Positions 13,408 through 26,129 of a stretch of DNA of 64,000 nucleotides are shown in pieces. The translations under genes and the position numbers were made by a program. The notes beneath the pieces were generated by a model. The model was not told the origin of the DNA and did no database searches. It was given only the letters and a program-made list of their open reading frames with translations. The DNA is from Eledone cirrhosa (Eukaryota): contig OZ024740.1 of NCBI GenBank assembly GCA_964016885.1, forward strand, positions 202,802,001 to 202,866,000, read 5' to 3'. How positions within the stretch are numbered: position 1 is the stretch's first letter; the number at the start of each line of letters is the position of its first letter.

Positions 13408-13920
13408 GGATACTATTTATAGTTATGTATATACTATACTATATACAACTATAAACAGGTAAGGTCAGTAATTTATTACTACCTTATTACCAGTAAGATA
13501 AATAGCTCAATGGAAGAACATCATTTGTTATACAGAGCAGTAATATAGAATACACAAGAATCAAAGCTATGTTAGAACATTTAATTGCTGACAATTGTTT
13601 CTTCCAAGCCTAGGCTTGGAGTCTTCGGAGCATTACTAATAATGTTTGTACATATAATCAGCCTCCTATTCCGCTGAAGAATCATGCAGATACATATTGT
13701 GGACAACAGTGTGGGATGGATGCGACATATATTATGTTATACTATAATTGTACAATAAGATTCAAAATTCAAAATTAAAAGCTTTTGACAGATAATACAA
13801 GAGCGTCTAGTAAATAAATAAAATTAATAATGCCCCGAAGACTCCAAGCCTAGGCTTGGAAGAAACAATTGTCAGCAATTAAATGTTCTAACATAGCTTT
13901 GATTCTTGTGTATTCTATAT
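13400..13920 (-). mobile_element. PLE-type fold-back insert
   Basis: 98-bp inverted arms 13543-13640 / 13823-13920 with HHR; tail on the left; (TA)n flanks. Confidence 0.75.
13586..13632 (-). ncRNA. Type I HHR, U4C variant (inverted copy 13831-13877, plus)
   Basis: TGCT-CCGAAGA-CTCCAAGCCTAGGCTTGGAA-GAAA-CAATTGTC-AGCA. Confidence 0.75.
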
Positions 13921-14338
13921 ATATATATATACCGGGTTGAATCGTGGGTAACCGCAGTAAGTAAAGTACTCAATGCATCATTATACACATACACACAGGA
14001 TTTCTCCCGAATGAAACAGTTCTAGTCCTGTAGAAGCCATTTCTATATTAAATATATATATATGTAGAATATGATAGAATGGAAAACGAAGAATCAATGA
14101 TGCATTGGAACTCAATTTATTACGTATTACAATTGTTTCCCTGGCGAACAGCTCGAGGTGCGATCTGTGTGGGGATCGAACCTAACTCTGGATTCGCAGG
14201 TTCCTCAGACACGTCTATTGATTTCGGAGCAAATCCTCTTTCTATCATACTCAGCTCTGCAGGAGCATACAGTGCTCAACCGGCATACCGCCTATGGACG
14301 CATCCTAGATACCATAAGACATATATATATGTATGTGT

Positions 14339-14428
<90 letters not shown>

Positions 14429-14546
14429 GTATGTATGTGTGTGTGTGTGTAGTGTCAAGAGTGTCCGTAGAAGAGATAAAGGAGAGGGTCTTCTAGGTTA
14501 TTTACAGAGATACAGAGCTAAAGTATATTATTGGTGAATTGGCATA

Positions 14547-14733
14547 GGGCGGTGAATGGCATATCGGTAGAGTGTCGGACATGCTGTCCAACATAGTTAC
14601 ATCCCTTTATGATATGAGTTCAAATCCCGCCGTGGTGAACTTTACTTTTCATGCTTATGAGGTCGATAAAATAAAGTACCAATAATGTACTGAGTAATTG
14701 CTGGCCTTGTGCCAAAAGTAGAAACAATTATTA
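14547..14733 (+). mobile_element. tRNA-derived SINE (abundant family)
   Basis: A/B-box-like head (TGGCATATCGG, GAGTTCAAATCCC) and tail GGCCTTGTGCCAAAAGTAGAAAC; many copies in the window. Confidence 0.8.
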
Positions 14734-14852
14734 TAAATGATTTGTTAGTACAGTTGCACGCTACCTACCTATGTATGTATGTATGTATGTATGTATGTAT
14801 GTATGTATGTATGTATGTATGTATGTATGTATGTATGTATGTATGTATGTAT

Positions 14853-15238
14853 GTTTTCTCTTTCTCTTAATTTCGAGTATATTTTTTTGACCGGCCACCT
14901 TCCTGGTGGCAAGGTTGTAAAAGAAAAGAAATTGTCATCCCTTGAATCGCAAGAATGTTTTGCAAATTTTGAAGGTGCCAGCTATCGCAGCCATTTGTAG
15001 ACTATGAATTAGGGAGCTGCGCTTTTTGTCCGCAAATCCAAGTTCAGTCATACATTGGTCCAAGCGGGTTGGTATATAACCCGTAGCACCAATAATGATG
15101 GGTATGAAGCTAAAGGTGTATCTTGGATACTGGATTTGTAAACTCCTCATCAATGGTCCGTAGATGTCCTCCTTCTCCTGTATTTTTCTGACAACGTTTA
15201 CATCAAGTGGGCAGCTGATCTCCACAACAGAACACGTT
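14853..15238 (-). mobile_element. R4/Dong-like 3' end, 5'-truncated, in (TATG)n
   Basis: EISCPLDVNVVRKIQEKEDIYGPL...KICKTFLRFKG; (TATG)n on both sides. Confidence 0.8.
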
Positions 15239-15480
15239 GTATGTATGTATGTATGTATGTATGTATGTATGTATGTATGTATGTATGTATGTATGTATGT
15301 ATGTATGTATGTATGTATGTATGTGTGTGTACGTATGTATATATGTATGTATTTATGTGTGTGTGTGTGTGTACATATGTATGTATATATGTAAGAAAAG
15401 TAAAGAAGAAAAAATAACAGGAGAATATTACAATACAGTGATGATATATTAGTTTAACGCTTGATATGTTTGGAAATGGA

Positions 15481-15516
15481 TCTTAAACTTCCGGACGCGA
15501 GTCCTTCATCGGAAGA
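15481..15516 (-). ncRNA. Degenerate minimal HHR-like motif
   Basis: TCTT-CCGATGA-A-GGAC(TCGC)GTCC-GGAA-GTTT-AAGA. Confidence 0.4.
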
Positions 15517-15521
15517 GAGAG

Positions 15522-15567
<46 letters not shown>

Positions 15568-15571
15568 TGTC

Positions 15572-15622
<51 letters not shown>

Positions 15623-15724
15623 GAGGGGGGAGAAAATGAAAGAGAAAGAAGAGAGAGGATGCTTGGGAAAGTGAAGAACGAGAAAGAAAGATGAGAGTAA
15701 GAAAGGAAAGAAAACGTTAGAAAT

Positions 15725-15787
<63 letters not shown>

Positions 15788-16661
15788 ACGTGCTGAACAC
15801 CTGGTGTTCTTATTCAGCCATCTTGAACAACAAGTATATTTTGGAAACCGTTGTCATTGTCTGAAACAAGACGGGTCGAAGCGGCGTTATCTTGCTCATA
15901 TATTCCATATTTGGCATGGCTTCTACAGCTGGATGCCCTTCCTAACGCCAAACACCTTACAAGGTGTACTGGGTTTACTTTTTCGTGACACCATCACTAC
16001 CGCTTTACAGAGTGTACTGAATGTATTTTATCAAGGCACCAACACTAGAGAAGGTGTCTTATGTTTGTGCAAACTGAAGAGACCTCTCAAACCCTATATC
16101 GTCTCTATTCGATCACCAATACTGTAGCTTTCAGTTTTCGCTAATTGATTTCCGTATTTCTTGTGTAGCTATGGGACGTTTAACTTAAAGAATATTGTGA
16201 GCATTTGGAGGAGCTTGACATTTAGAATGATAGAAAACAGCAGCAACAGCAACAAAGAAAAATTATAATTAAAGTAGATTTTACGTCGCAGGAAATTTGA
16301 TGGACATGCAATCTTTAGGTAATGGCAATGTAGTCTCTAGGTGAGGGATAGCGTGGAATGTGGACAGAGCTGGTGTCTGTGTGTGTAGTTCTCTAGGACA
16401 GCGGTCGTCAACCAGTGGTTTGCAGAAAAAAATTTAATGTATCTATCTTTTTTTAAAAACTTCATACCCCACCAAACTTGCTTGGTGAGGAGGGTGATTT
16501 TGGACGCCCAGCGGGAAGAACAACAAGATCCGTCAAAGCGTCATACTAATAAGACTTTGTGCTTTTGCATCTCTATTTCTTCTAGAACTCAATATATGTG
16601 TTCGGACTTGGTGTATATATGTGTATATAACATATCTCAATCTCAAATAGTAGACTTCACC

Positions 16662-16714
<53 letters not shown>

Positions 16715-16755
16715 CGAAACATAAGTCAATTGCATGAACTCATAATCCTTTATTT

Positions 16756-16811
16756 ACTGCGATATATATTTCGATGATAGCCATTGAATGGCTATGACCT
16801 CATCAGGCAGT
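16756..16811 (-). ncRNA. Type I HHR (same family as 49497-49552)
   Basis: ACTGC-CTGATGA-GGTCATAGCCATT(C)AATGGCTATCATC-GAAA-TATATATC-GCAGT. Confidence 0.85.
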
Positions 16812-16941
16812 TAGTCAGTTCTTAGATATGCCAGCTCTGTGTGTATAGTATTACGAAAATGTTAGACCCCGACGGCAGAGCTCAAGCCATTTCGACGGCT
16901 ACTTCTGGTGCGTTATGGTCCATCTTACCACACCTCCTTCG

Positions 16942-16978
<37 letters not shown>

Positions 16979-17020
16979 AACACACATATATATATATATA
17001 CATGCATGGGTACATATGGG

Positions 17021-17052
<32 letters not shown>

Positions 17053-17078
17053 TATATGTACATGCATGGGTATATATA

Positions 17079-17155
<77 letters not shown>

Positions 17156-17815
17156 ATATTTATATGTGTATTTTTTTGTTCGTAACACCTATTGCATAAC
17201 AATAAGCAATATTTGGAACTAAAAACAGTCTAATAACAGTTTAGATTATCACAGGGAAGTAATTAATAAATGAAAAAGTTATGAAATTTTTTATCTTTTC
17301 CAAAATACAAAATGAATATTTTTCAGTTAAAAATTAATGAAAGCGATAATGAAAATTTGTGTTTCTCAGAAACCAAAATTACGATTCTCATTTTTAAAAA
17401 ATTAGAAAAGAGTTTATAATAAAGATTTTGTTCAAAAAAGAAAGATAATCAAAATTAAATTTTCAAATTAAAAAAAAATATAAGATTATAATAAAACTTT
17501 TGTGTTTACAGAAATGTTTTATTTGAAAACCAAAATTAATATTTCTATTGTTTAAGAACAGAAAAATTAAATCTTTAAGCAAGTCTACGATGAAGATTTC
17601 TAAGGCCTCGGGTAAAACAGATAACTTTCCAAATACATCATCATCATCATCATCATCGCCGTCGACGTCATCATCATCCTCATCATCCTCACCATCCTCA
17701 TCACCGTTATATGTGAACCAAACCTCCTCCACTTCCACCAACTCTGAACCTAATATTACTGTACAATTGCCTCCTGTGTTTTGTTCGTTCATTTTCCTTG
17801 CACACACACACGCGC

Positions 17816-17953
<138 letters not shown>

Positions 17954-18244
17954 TTAAAAAAAAAACGTTTCGTTTACATGTAAACGAAACTTAATCGCTT
18001 TTAAACATATATACACTCTGTCTGTGCTGGTTTTGTTACCACCACCAGTAATTCGTGGAATCACCTAGATTATATATATATTAGGATTGGTGCTCTGAAA
18101 TAGCGATGTATACATGAATCTATGTATAGTATATTTGGTAATATACTGTATGTTTAATTAAAAACATTTTGAAGACATTGCGCTATTATTTTAAAGTAGT
18201 GACTATGTCACTTACTTCTTTTTTCAACTAAGGAAGGGAGATAA

Positions 18245-18284
18245 GCTGACAGACCTGTTTCACACTCTTGGTGTTCCTCAGAGC
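18245..18284 (-). ncRNA. Type I HHR
   Basis: GCT-CTGAGGA-ACAC(CAAGA)GTGT-GAAA-CAGGTCTGTC-AGC. Confidence 0.8.
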
Positions 18285-18414
18285 AACGTACTCTCCGACC
18301 TCTGCCGTAAATTATAGAGGTTGGATTCTTATAGAATTGCAGTAATAATCAGGAACAGATTATACAGAGCGATTGCAGGTCCAGCAAAAATACAATATTT
18401 GATGTATAAAAATG

Positions 18415-18558
<144 letters not shown>

Positions 18559-18812
18559 CTGTGTGTTTGTGTGTGCGTGTGTGTGTGTCTGTGTGTGTGT
18601 AAGGAAAGATTATATATATATAATACTTTAGATGAGTTGATAACAATTCAAAGCTCAAATGTGATTTTATAGTCCACAGCAAGATAAGTAAAAGACAGTT
18701 CAGAGTTTAATCCTATCAGTAAATTTCCAGTCACAGTAGAGTTACAATATCAGAGAGTATATATAGAATAAATAATAATAACCACTTTTAATTTACATTA
18801 AATTATTTAATT

Positions 18813-18879
18813 GACTTACGAACGTTTCTATCAATGCAGTAAGAAAATATATTTCTTCTGTATTGATTTCTTCAGAATC
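18813..18879 (-). ncRNA. Type I HHR with long stem II
   Basis: GATT-CTGAAGA-AATCAATACAGAAGAAA(TATAT)TTTCTTACTGCATTGATA-GAAA-CGTTCGTA-AGTC. Confidence 0.75.
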
Positions 18880-19347
18880 TATCAAACAATTATGTTTTTA
18901 TGTTGTTTAATAGAGCACTGTGTCATCCACAATACTGGCGCAGAACAAAATACGTGTTGATAACGTGATATTCCTTGTTCGATCATTATACCAAAAGCTT
19001 ATTGTTTTAAGCAGAAAGTAATATTGATTTAGGTGTCGCAGAAACCCTGTACTGGATTTTACCATCAATTCCAAGGGTCCAGGTTTGTTATATATATATG
19101 TATATATATGTATGATTATGTCATTCATTTTGTCTGACCTGTTTAGCTTGACTTGTTTTTTGGCTTAGGTGGTCTATAGCTTCTTGACCGCCTTCTCAGT
19201 TTATATGGCCTTTATAACCTATGTTTATTGCTCTAGACTTTTAGACTATGGAGCGCTTGCCAGCATGACTCGGAATTTGCGTTACGTTTCGCTTTTTTTA
19301 CCCGCCGAAATGCGATTCTCGCTGAATTTATATATATATATATATGC

Positions 19348-19419
<72 letters not shown>

Positions 19420-19429
19420 ATATATATGT

Positions 19430-19861
19430 AGAAGTTGTATTTAATTTATTGGAATTCCGACAAACGTAAATGTTTATAACTGATTTAGAGCACTGAACAA
19501 GTTACTGGAGTAAATATTCCATGATATTAAATAAATGGAAACTATATTTATAAAACCTTATTTATTTTATTATATATATTTCAAGGGCAACCAAGCAAAC
19601 CTTGGTGCGCTTTCATCAGATAAAATACAAAGTTTGTTTTATAAATAAAGACGTACCCATGAAAATCATACCTTATCGGTCGGAAATCTATCCAGTGAAT
19701 TTCCGATAAGGTATGATTTTCATGGGTACGTCTTTATTTATAAAACAAACTTTGTATTTTATCTGATGAAAGCGCACCAAGGTTTGCTTGGTTGCCCTTG
19801 AAATATATATAATAAAATAAATATGGTTTTATAAATATAGTTTCCATTTATTAAATATCAT

Positions 19862-19863
<2 letters not shown>
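19430..19863 (-). mobile_element. PLE-type fold-back insert
   Basis: 161-bp inverted arms 19519-19679 / 19703-19863 with a 23-nt spacer; tail on the left; (TA)n flanks. Confidence 0.8.
19755..19819 (+). ncRNA. Type I HHR (inverted copy 19563-19627, minus)
   Basis: TATTTTAT-CTGATGA-AAGCGCACCAAG(GTTTG)CTTGGTTGCCCTT-GAAA-TATATATA-ATAAAATA. Confidence 0.85.
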
Positions 19864-19955
<92 letters not shown>

Positions 19956-19989
19956 TATATAAACATATACTATATTTCTGAGAGTGTAT

Positions 19990-20736
19990 GTATGTATGTA
20001 TGGAGAGTTGGTTAAAGGAAAACGACCGCCACATAAACCAAAAAAGAGGTATAAGGATTCCTTGAAAGCCTCTCTGAAAGACGCTAACATCTCTGCTGAT
20101 ACATGGGAGAATATTGCTGCTGATCGTAATAAATGGAGAAAGACTGTATATGAGGGAAAAGTTGCCTTTGAGGCATCTCGAATCGCATACGAGAAAGTAA
20201 AGCGGGATGTGAGGAAGGGCATTGCTGTTGCACTTCCAGATGGCGAGAGTCCTCCTATGGTGCTGACATGCAGCGTATGTGCGAGACTCTGCCTAAGCAA
20301 AGCTGGACTCGAAAGTCATCTTCGCAGTCATAAAGTAAGACCAGTGGTTGAGTACCAGGCAGCTGTTGGAGATGCTACTCATCATGCTTGCCAAACATGT
20401 GGTAGAGAATGTAAATCAGCAGGAGGGCTCAAGCGACATGCAAAAGTACACGAACTCCAACCACAGCCGACTATTCCCAGTGAATGTTTTGGTTGCCGAC
20501 TCTGTGCAAGACATTTTAGATCATTGGCTGGGCTAAAAAACCACATTCGATCGCAGCGCTGTTAGTTGCCATCGTGTGTGTGTGTGTGTGTAGATATGCT
20601 TATGTGTGTGCGTGTGTGTGTATATATATATGTATATGTATATTATTATTGTTGTTGTCGTTATTATTATTGCTATTATTATTATTATTATTATTGTTAT
20701 TAATGTATGTGTATGTGTGTGTGTATATGTGTGTGA

Positions 20737-20777
<41 letters not shown>

Positions 20778-20781
20778 TATG

Positions 20782-20846
<65 letters not shown>

Positions 20847-20946
20847 CTTTTTTTTTATTTTCTTTTTATTTATTTATTATTTTTTTTTTTTTTTTTCTTT
20901 CTCCTCGTGCAATGGCCATACTCGATAACGAGGGGGCAGCCATCAT
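19990..20946 (+). mobile_element. RTE-clade LINE 3' portion with three C-terminal C2H2-type zinc fingers
   Basis: YGEL..GKRP..KPKKRYKDSLK...WE..AADR..WR, then CSVCARLCLSKAGLESHLRSH, CQTCGRECKSAGGLKRHAKVH and CRLCARHFRSLAGLKNHIRS. Stop at 20565; 3'UTR split by microsatellite; (ATGT)n tail. Confidence 0.85.
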
Positions 20947-20963
20947 GTATGTATGTATGTATG

Positions 20964-21561
20964 TCGGGTTACTCTTGAGTGCTACTGGTAACATGTAACC
21001 CAGTACAGTCTGTCACAAGGTCGGGTCGTCGGTGACTAAACCGGCAACCCTACCAAGTATACTTGGTGAGGAGGGTGATTTTGGACATCCTGCAGGACAA
21101 AAAACAAAACCTGACAAAGGGCAGAAGAACTCATAAGAGACAACGGCCATCCAAAAATGTAGATATGTATGCATATATGCACATGCATGTGTGCATGTGT
21201 ATGTATATGCACGGGGACATAGAAATAGTCGGGCTGGATACCCCATTGCGCGGTTAAACCACTGGAAGTGAAGGACCCCTAGCTTTGTCAGGGCATTCTT
21301 CTAGGAAAAGGCAACTCAGGAAACTGGGATAACTCCGATATAAAACCTGCGGCCCAGTAGTTACCGATGATGTTGATCTTTTCTTCTTTTCAGGTTATAG
21401 CTACTGTCGCTGAGAGAGTGGGATTGGCTCAGTGCACAGTCTTTCCTCACTTTAAAAAATGATCTTCACGCACAGGAATTGCACGATAGAATTAATTAAT
21501 GATTATTAATAATGGTATATCGTGCAATGAACATACGCGATAACGAGGAGTCAGTCATCAT
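20964..21561 (+). mobile_element. Non-autonomous RTE-derived element (RTE-like 5' region + RTE 3' tail)
   Basis: Highly similar to 38865-39370; 3' tail matches the LINE tail at 20906-20946. Confidence 0.7.
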
Positions 21562-23257
21562 ATGTATGTACAGATGTATGGATGGATGGATGTGAGTATG
21601 TTGCTGAAAGGATCCGAAACGGTGTATCCTAGAGAAAAATGGATTTGATTTTCGAAATCTGCGTCCCAAGGGGAAGGTTTTGGGGAACATGGAGTTTCTT
21701 AATTCCGAAAAGAATAAAAGAAAACAAATAAGAATAAGAAATCAATCACTGTTACCGTGATATTTTAAGTAGTATGGCTTTTATTGATCTCATACATTCC
21801 TACAACATCACCTTATTATTGCTTCCATCCATGCTGTCAGGAGGAGGCATTGTTTTACTGTGAGGCAGAGAGTTGTCCTCACAGAAGTTACCCAATGTTT
21901 ACAGGAAGACACTCATGCTAAAGTACACAACAAGCCACTGATACCACTTCAACATACAGCTCCACTGAATAAATTTTCATAGAAACCCCTTGGGGACGAT
22001 TCACTGGCGGGGGGAACTGGGGAGACATGTCTGACTTGGTCTGACGAAATTGAAAGAAAGACATATACATATATATTTAAAATATGCATATATTTAAAAT
22101 TTGAAATGTGTGCGTCGCAATGCAAATGAATATAATAATAGTCGATCATTATAAATAATAATTGAGAAATTCGGGTAAAGTACCCTTGGAGACGGAAAAA
22201 AGGTGGACAGAAGTACATATGTATATATATATGACCTTGCCCAATTGCACCTCTCAAAGGCGATGACACAGGATCCAGACTGCTGGCGTTACGCAGTAAT
22301 ATAAAAGACCCGACTTCCCACGGGTACAAGCCGAAGCTGAAGCATATAGACAATATGCCCCCATCCCTGCCACTGTAAAGTAGTCGTGTATGCGCCACGG
22401 TAAAAAAAAGCATCTTGTACTTACTGTAAATGAGGTTGGTGTTAGGAAGGGCATCCAGCTGTGGAAATCAAGCTAAAACCAGTTCAGTATGAGCAAGACA
22501 AGGTCACCCGACCTGGCATTGCCCACAACAGGACAACCCGTCTAACCCATGCCAGCTTGGAAGAATGGACGTAAGACGATGATAATGATGATGGTGATAT
22601 ATATACGAGTGTGTGTGTGTGTATGTGTGTGTGTGTGCGCGCGTGTATGTGTGTGTATGCATGTGTGTATGTGCGTGTGTGTGCATATGTGTGTGCGTGT
22701 GTGTGTTTCTGTGTTTACGTTCATGTCTGTGCCTGTGTGTATGTTCCATAACTTAGTAGTTCAGCAAAAGGCGATCGATAAAATAAGTGCTAGACTTCAG
22801 TCGATATTGACTAAATGAAAACGGTGCTCCAGCATGGCAGTAATTACAAAACTGAAACCAGTAAAAAAAATAAAAGAATAAAAGAATAAAAGAATAAATG
22901 CAACAATACTTTATTAACGGTTTTATGCACACTGTTTCCTCGTCTAATGAAACCGAACTGAAAATTCAGTCTATTTATTTGTCTGTCGTGAAAGATTTAT
23001 AGAAGTTATTGCTCTAGGAATATCTCAAGCAAATCATCAGAAGCCTGCTAATGCTCAAATTGATTTTGTCAGTACAACCTATGAATTGCCCTTCCCCTCT
23101 TAACTGTACGTGAGAGTGCAGCAACAATTTTCTAGGGTTGCTGAGAACAATTGTTTAATTATAATTTAATCATCAAAGAAATATTTATCGTTCTCTTCTC
23201 GTTTTAAACAAGAAAGTTACAACGATTATAACCTTAACCAACAATAGACCTTATTAA

Positions 23258-23395
23258 GGTATGGCTGTGTGGTTAAGAAGTTTACTTGGCAATCACATGG
23301 TTTCGAGTTCAGTCTCACCAAGCAGTACCTTGTGCAAATGTCTTCTACTATAGCCTATAATTGATCAATGATGTTTGTGTGAAATTTGGTACGCT
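23258..23395 (+). mobile_element. tRNA-derived SINE (second family)
   Basis: TGGCTGTGTGGTTAAG...GAGTTCAGTC...CCTTGTGCAAATGTCTTCTACTATAGCC. Confidence 0.65.
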
Positions 23396-23501
23396 GTAGA
23401 GATTAATAATTTCTATAGCATATCTGATGACCTGTGAGTACCCAGGAGAAATTCCAGAAACATGGCCTTAATACACACACACACACACACACATATATAT
23501 A

Positions 23502-23601
23502 TGAGCCAACCTCTGCGAAACGCGCGTAACAGGTCGATACGCAATACATATTTTTCATATATAAACGAAACTTCCTCGTTTTATATATATATATATATAA
23601 A

Positions 23602-23659
<58 letters not shown>

Positions 23660-23736
23660 GAGGAAGTTTCGTTTACATATGAAAAATATTTATTGCGTAT
23701 CGACCTGTTACGCGCGTTTCGCAGAGGATTGGCTCA
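23502..23736. repeat. Inverted duplication centred on a TA/TC tract
   Basis: Arms 23502-23583 / 23654-23736; contain an HHR 3' half GAAACGCGCGTA. Confidence 0.85.
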
Positions 23737-23794
23737 AGGTGACCCATAGGAATTTTCCCTTTACTTCATCGTACTACCTATATACGCACACACA

Positions 23795-23837
<43 letters not shown>

Positions 23838-24152
23838 CGTGTGTGTATATATGTGTGGATATGTGTGTGTTTACGTTTACTATTTGTTTATGTCCCATAA
23901 CTTAGCCGTTCAACAACAAGGGATCAATAAAGTAAGTACTAGAGTCGAAATGATCGATTAAATAATTTCCGGGCTGTGCCCCAGGGTGGTTGCAATCTAA
24001 TGATTGAAAAGAATAAAAGAACTATGCAGAGTTAGCAGTTAAAAGTTTAAAAAATTATAACAACCATTTCAACTAAGTTCAAATCTTGCTGAGGTCAAAT
24101 GAAATCCCTCCATTCCAGTGTTGATAAAATATTTTTAAAAAGTGTCAAATAA

Positions 24153-24460
24153 CACTGGTCAACAAAATTTTGCTTTTTTTTTCTGCTGACCTAAGTTTGA
24201 GACCTGTTTTTGAGTAATTTGGGGCCGCTGAGTTTTAAAATGACAATACTTCTTTTCTATCACGTCAAGTTTTCCCTTGGCCAACAAGGAGGGTATACAA
24301 AATATCCATGTTTCCTGTTTCTATGGGATAGCTGAGCGAAAGACAAACATGGGAACCTAATGTGTTAAGGGGAAATGGATGCCATATTTGAAATCAGCAC
24401 CTCAAAATTAGCTAAAAACAGCAACAAAACCTAAGTAAAAAAAATGTGTGTTGACTGGTG
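24153..24460. mobile_element. MITE with imperfect TIRs
   Basis: CACTGGTCAACA ... TGTTGACTGGTG. Confidence 0.5.
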
Positions 24461-24520
24461 TAATCTTTGTTATACTTACGTGACACAATTAAAAGTTAGA
24501 GAAAACAATATAAAAAATTA

Positions 24521-24737
24521 TGGTTTCTGATTTATGCACAAGGCCAATCATTGTAAGGGGAGGGAAAGTCGATTAAATCAGCCTCAATACGTTACTGGTA
24601 GTTTATTTTATCTACCTCGTAAAGATGAAAGGCAAAACTACCTTCGGCGAGATTTGATCTCAGAGCATAAAGGGAGGTAATTCTGTGTCGCAAAGGATGT
24701 TGTCCGACGCACTACCGATACTACCAATCCACCGCCC
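24521..24737 (-). mobile_element. tRNA-derived SINE
   Basis: Reverse-complement similarity to 14547-14733. Confidence 0.75.
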
Positions 24738-24762
24738 TACAATGGGGAAAATAATGCACAAT

Positions 24763-24950
24763 GGGGCAAATTCTATACCGCTACCTAGTCGGTATACCTG
24801 AGGATGGGGGGGGGGGCAAATTCTATACCGTTAGGTAGACGGTATACATGAGGGGGGGGGGGGTGTAAATTCTACACCGTTAGTTAGACGGTATACCTGA
24901 GGTGGAGGACGGGGGTAGCGGATTTTACACCCTCAGCTTGACGTTATATA
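24763..24950. repeat. ~55-60 bp tandem units, each a TATACCG...CGGTATA hairpin, separated by G-runs
   Basis: AATTCTA(T/C)ACCG at ~24769, ~24819 and ~24868, plus a degenerate fourth copy. Confidence 0.75.
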
Positions 24951-25165
24951 TAAGCTGCGGCTCGTGATCAAGATGGCGAAAAAAATGCTGCAGCGATGAA
25001 AAACATAACAGTCAAGTACGGGCGTCGATATAATAAAGTACCAGTCATGAACTGGGTCGATGTAATATAGTACCAGTTATGTACTGGGGTCGATATAATA
25101 AAGTACCAGTTAAATACTTGGTTGATATAATAAAGTACCAGTCATGTACTGGAGTAGATATAATA

Positions 25166-25337
25166 TAATTGTTTCTACTTTCGGCAAAAGGCCAGCAATT
25201 ATCTCAGTGCATTACTGGTACTTTATTGTATCGACCCCGTAAGGATGAAAGGCAAAGTCAACCTCGGCGGGATTTGAACTCAGACCATAAAGGGCCGTAA
25301 CTCTTTGCTGCAAAGCATGGCGTCAGACCCTCTACCA
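25166..25337 (-). mobile_element. tRNA-derived SINE
   Basis: Same family as 14547. Confidence 0.8.
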
Positions 25338-25431
25338 ATTCAGATATAATATAGTACCAGTTAAATACTGGAGTAGTTATAATCGACTTGTGTCTACCTC
25401 AGATTGTTTGACGTTGTCCCTATGCCAGAAA

Positions 25432-26129
25432 CTATTGTTGTTGCTGCTGCTCTTGTGGTTATTGTTGTTGTTGCTGCTGTTGCTGCTGCTGTTGCTGCTG
25501 CTGTGGCTGTTGCTGCTGGTGTTGTTGTTGTTGTTGCTGCTGTTGCTGCTGCTGTTGCTGTTGCTGTTGTTACTGGTGCTGCTGTTGCTGTTGCTACTGC
25601 TGTTGCTGTTGCTGTTGCTACTGGTGTTGTTGTTGTTGTTGCTACTGCTGTTGCTGTTGCTGTTGCTACTGGTGTTGTTGTTGTTGTTGTTACTGCTGTT
25701 GTTGTTGTTGTTGTTACTGGTGCTGCTGTTGTTGTTACTGCTGCTGCTGTTGCTACTGTTGTTGTTGTTGTTGTTGTTGCTACTGCTGTTGTTGTTGCTG
25801 TTGTTGTTCCTGTGTTGCTGTTGTTGTTAATGCTGTTGCTGTTACTGTTGTTGTTACTGCTGTTGCTGTTGTTACTGGTGCTGCTGTTGTTGTTACTGCT
25901 GCTGCTGTTGCTACTGGTGTTGTTGTTGTTGTTACTGCTGTTGCTGTTGCTACTGGTGTTGTTGTTGTTGTTACTGCTGCTGCTGTTGTTGTTGTTGTTG
26001 TTACTGCTGCTGCTGTTGTTGTTGTTGTTACTGCTGCTGTTGTTGCTGTTGTTGCTGGCGTCGTTGCTGCTGATGTTGTGGCTATTATTCTTGTTGTTGT
26101 TATTGCTGCTGTTGCTGTTGTTGTTGTTG
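25432..26129. repeat. (GTT/GCT)n compound trinucleotide tract
   Basis: Directly visible. Confidence 0.95.

Noticed and set aside
14160-14260. tRNA gene or HHR
   Set aside because: Only a GGTTCGATCCC B-box-like motif and a broken HHR-like core; no cloverleaf or closing stem I.
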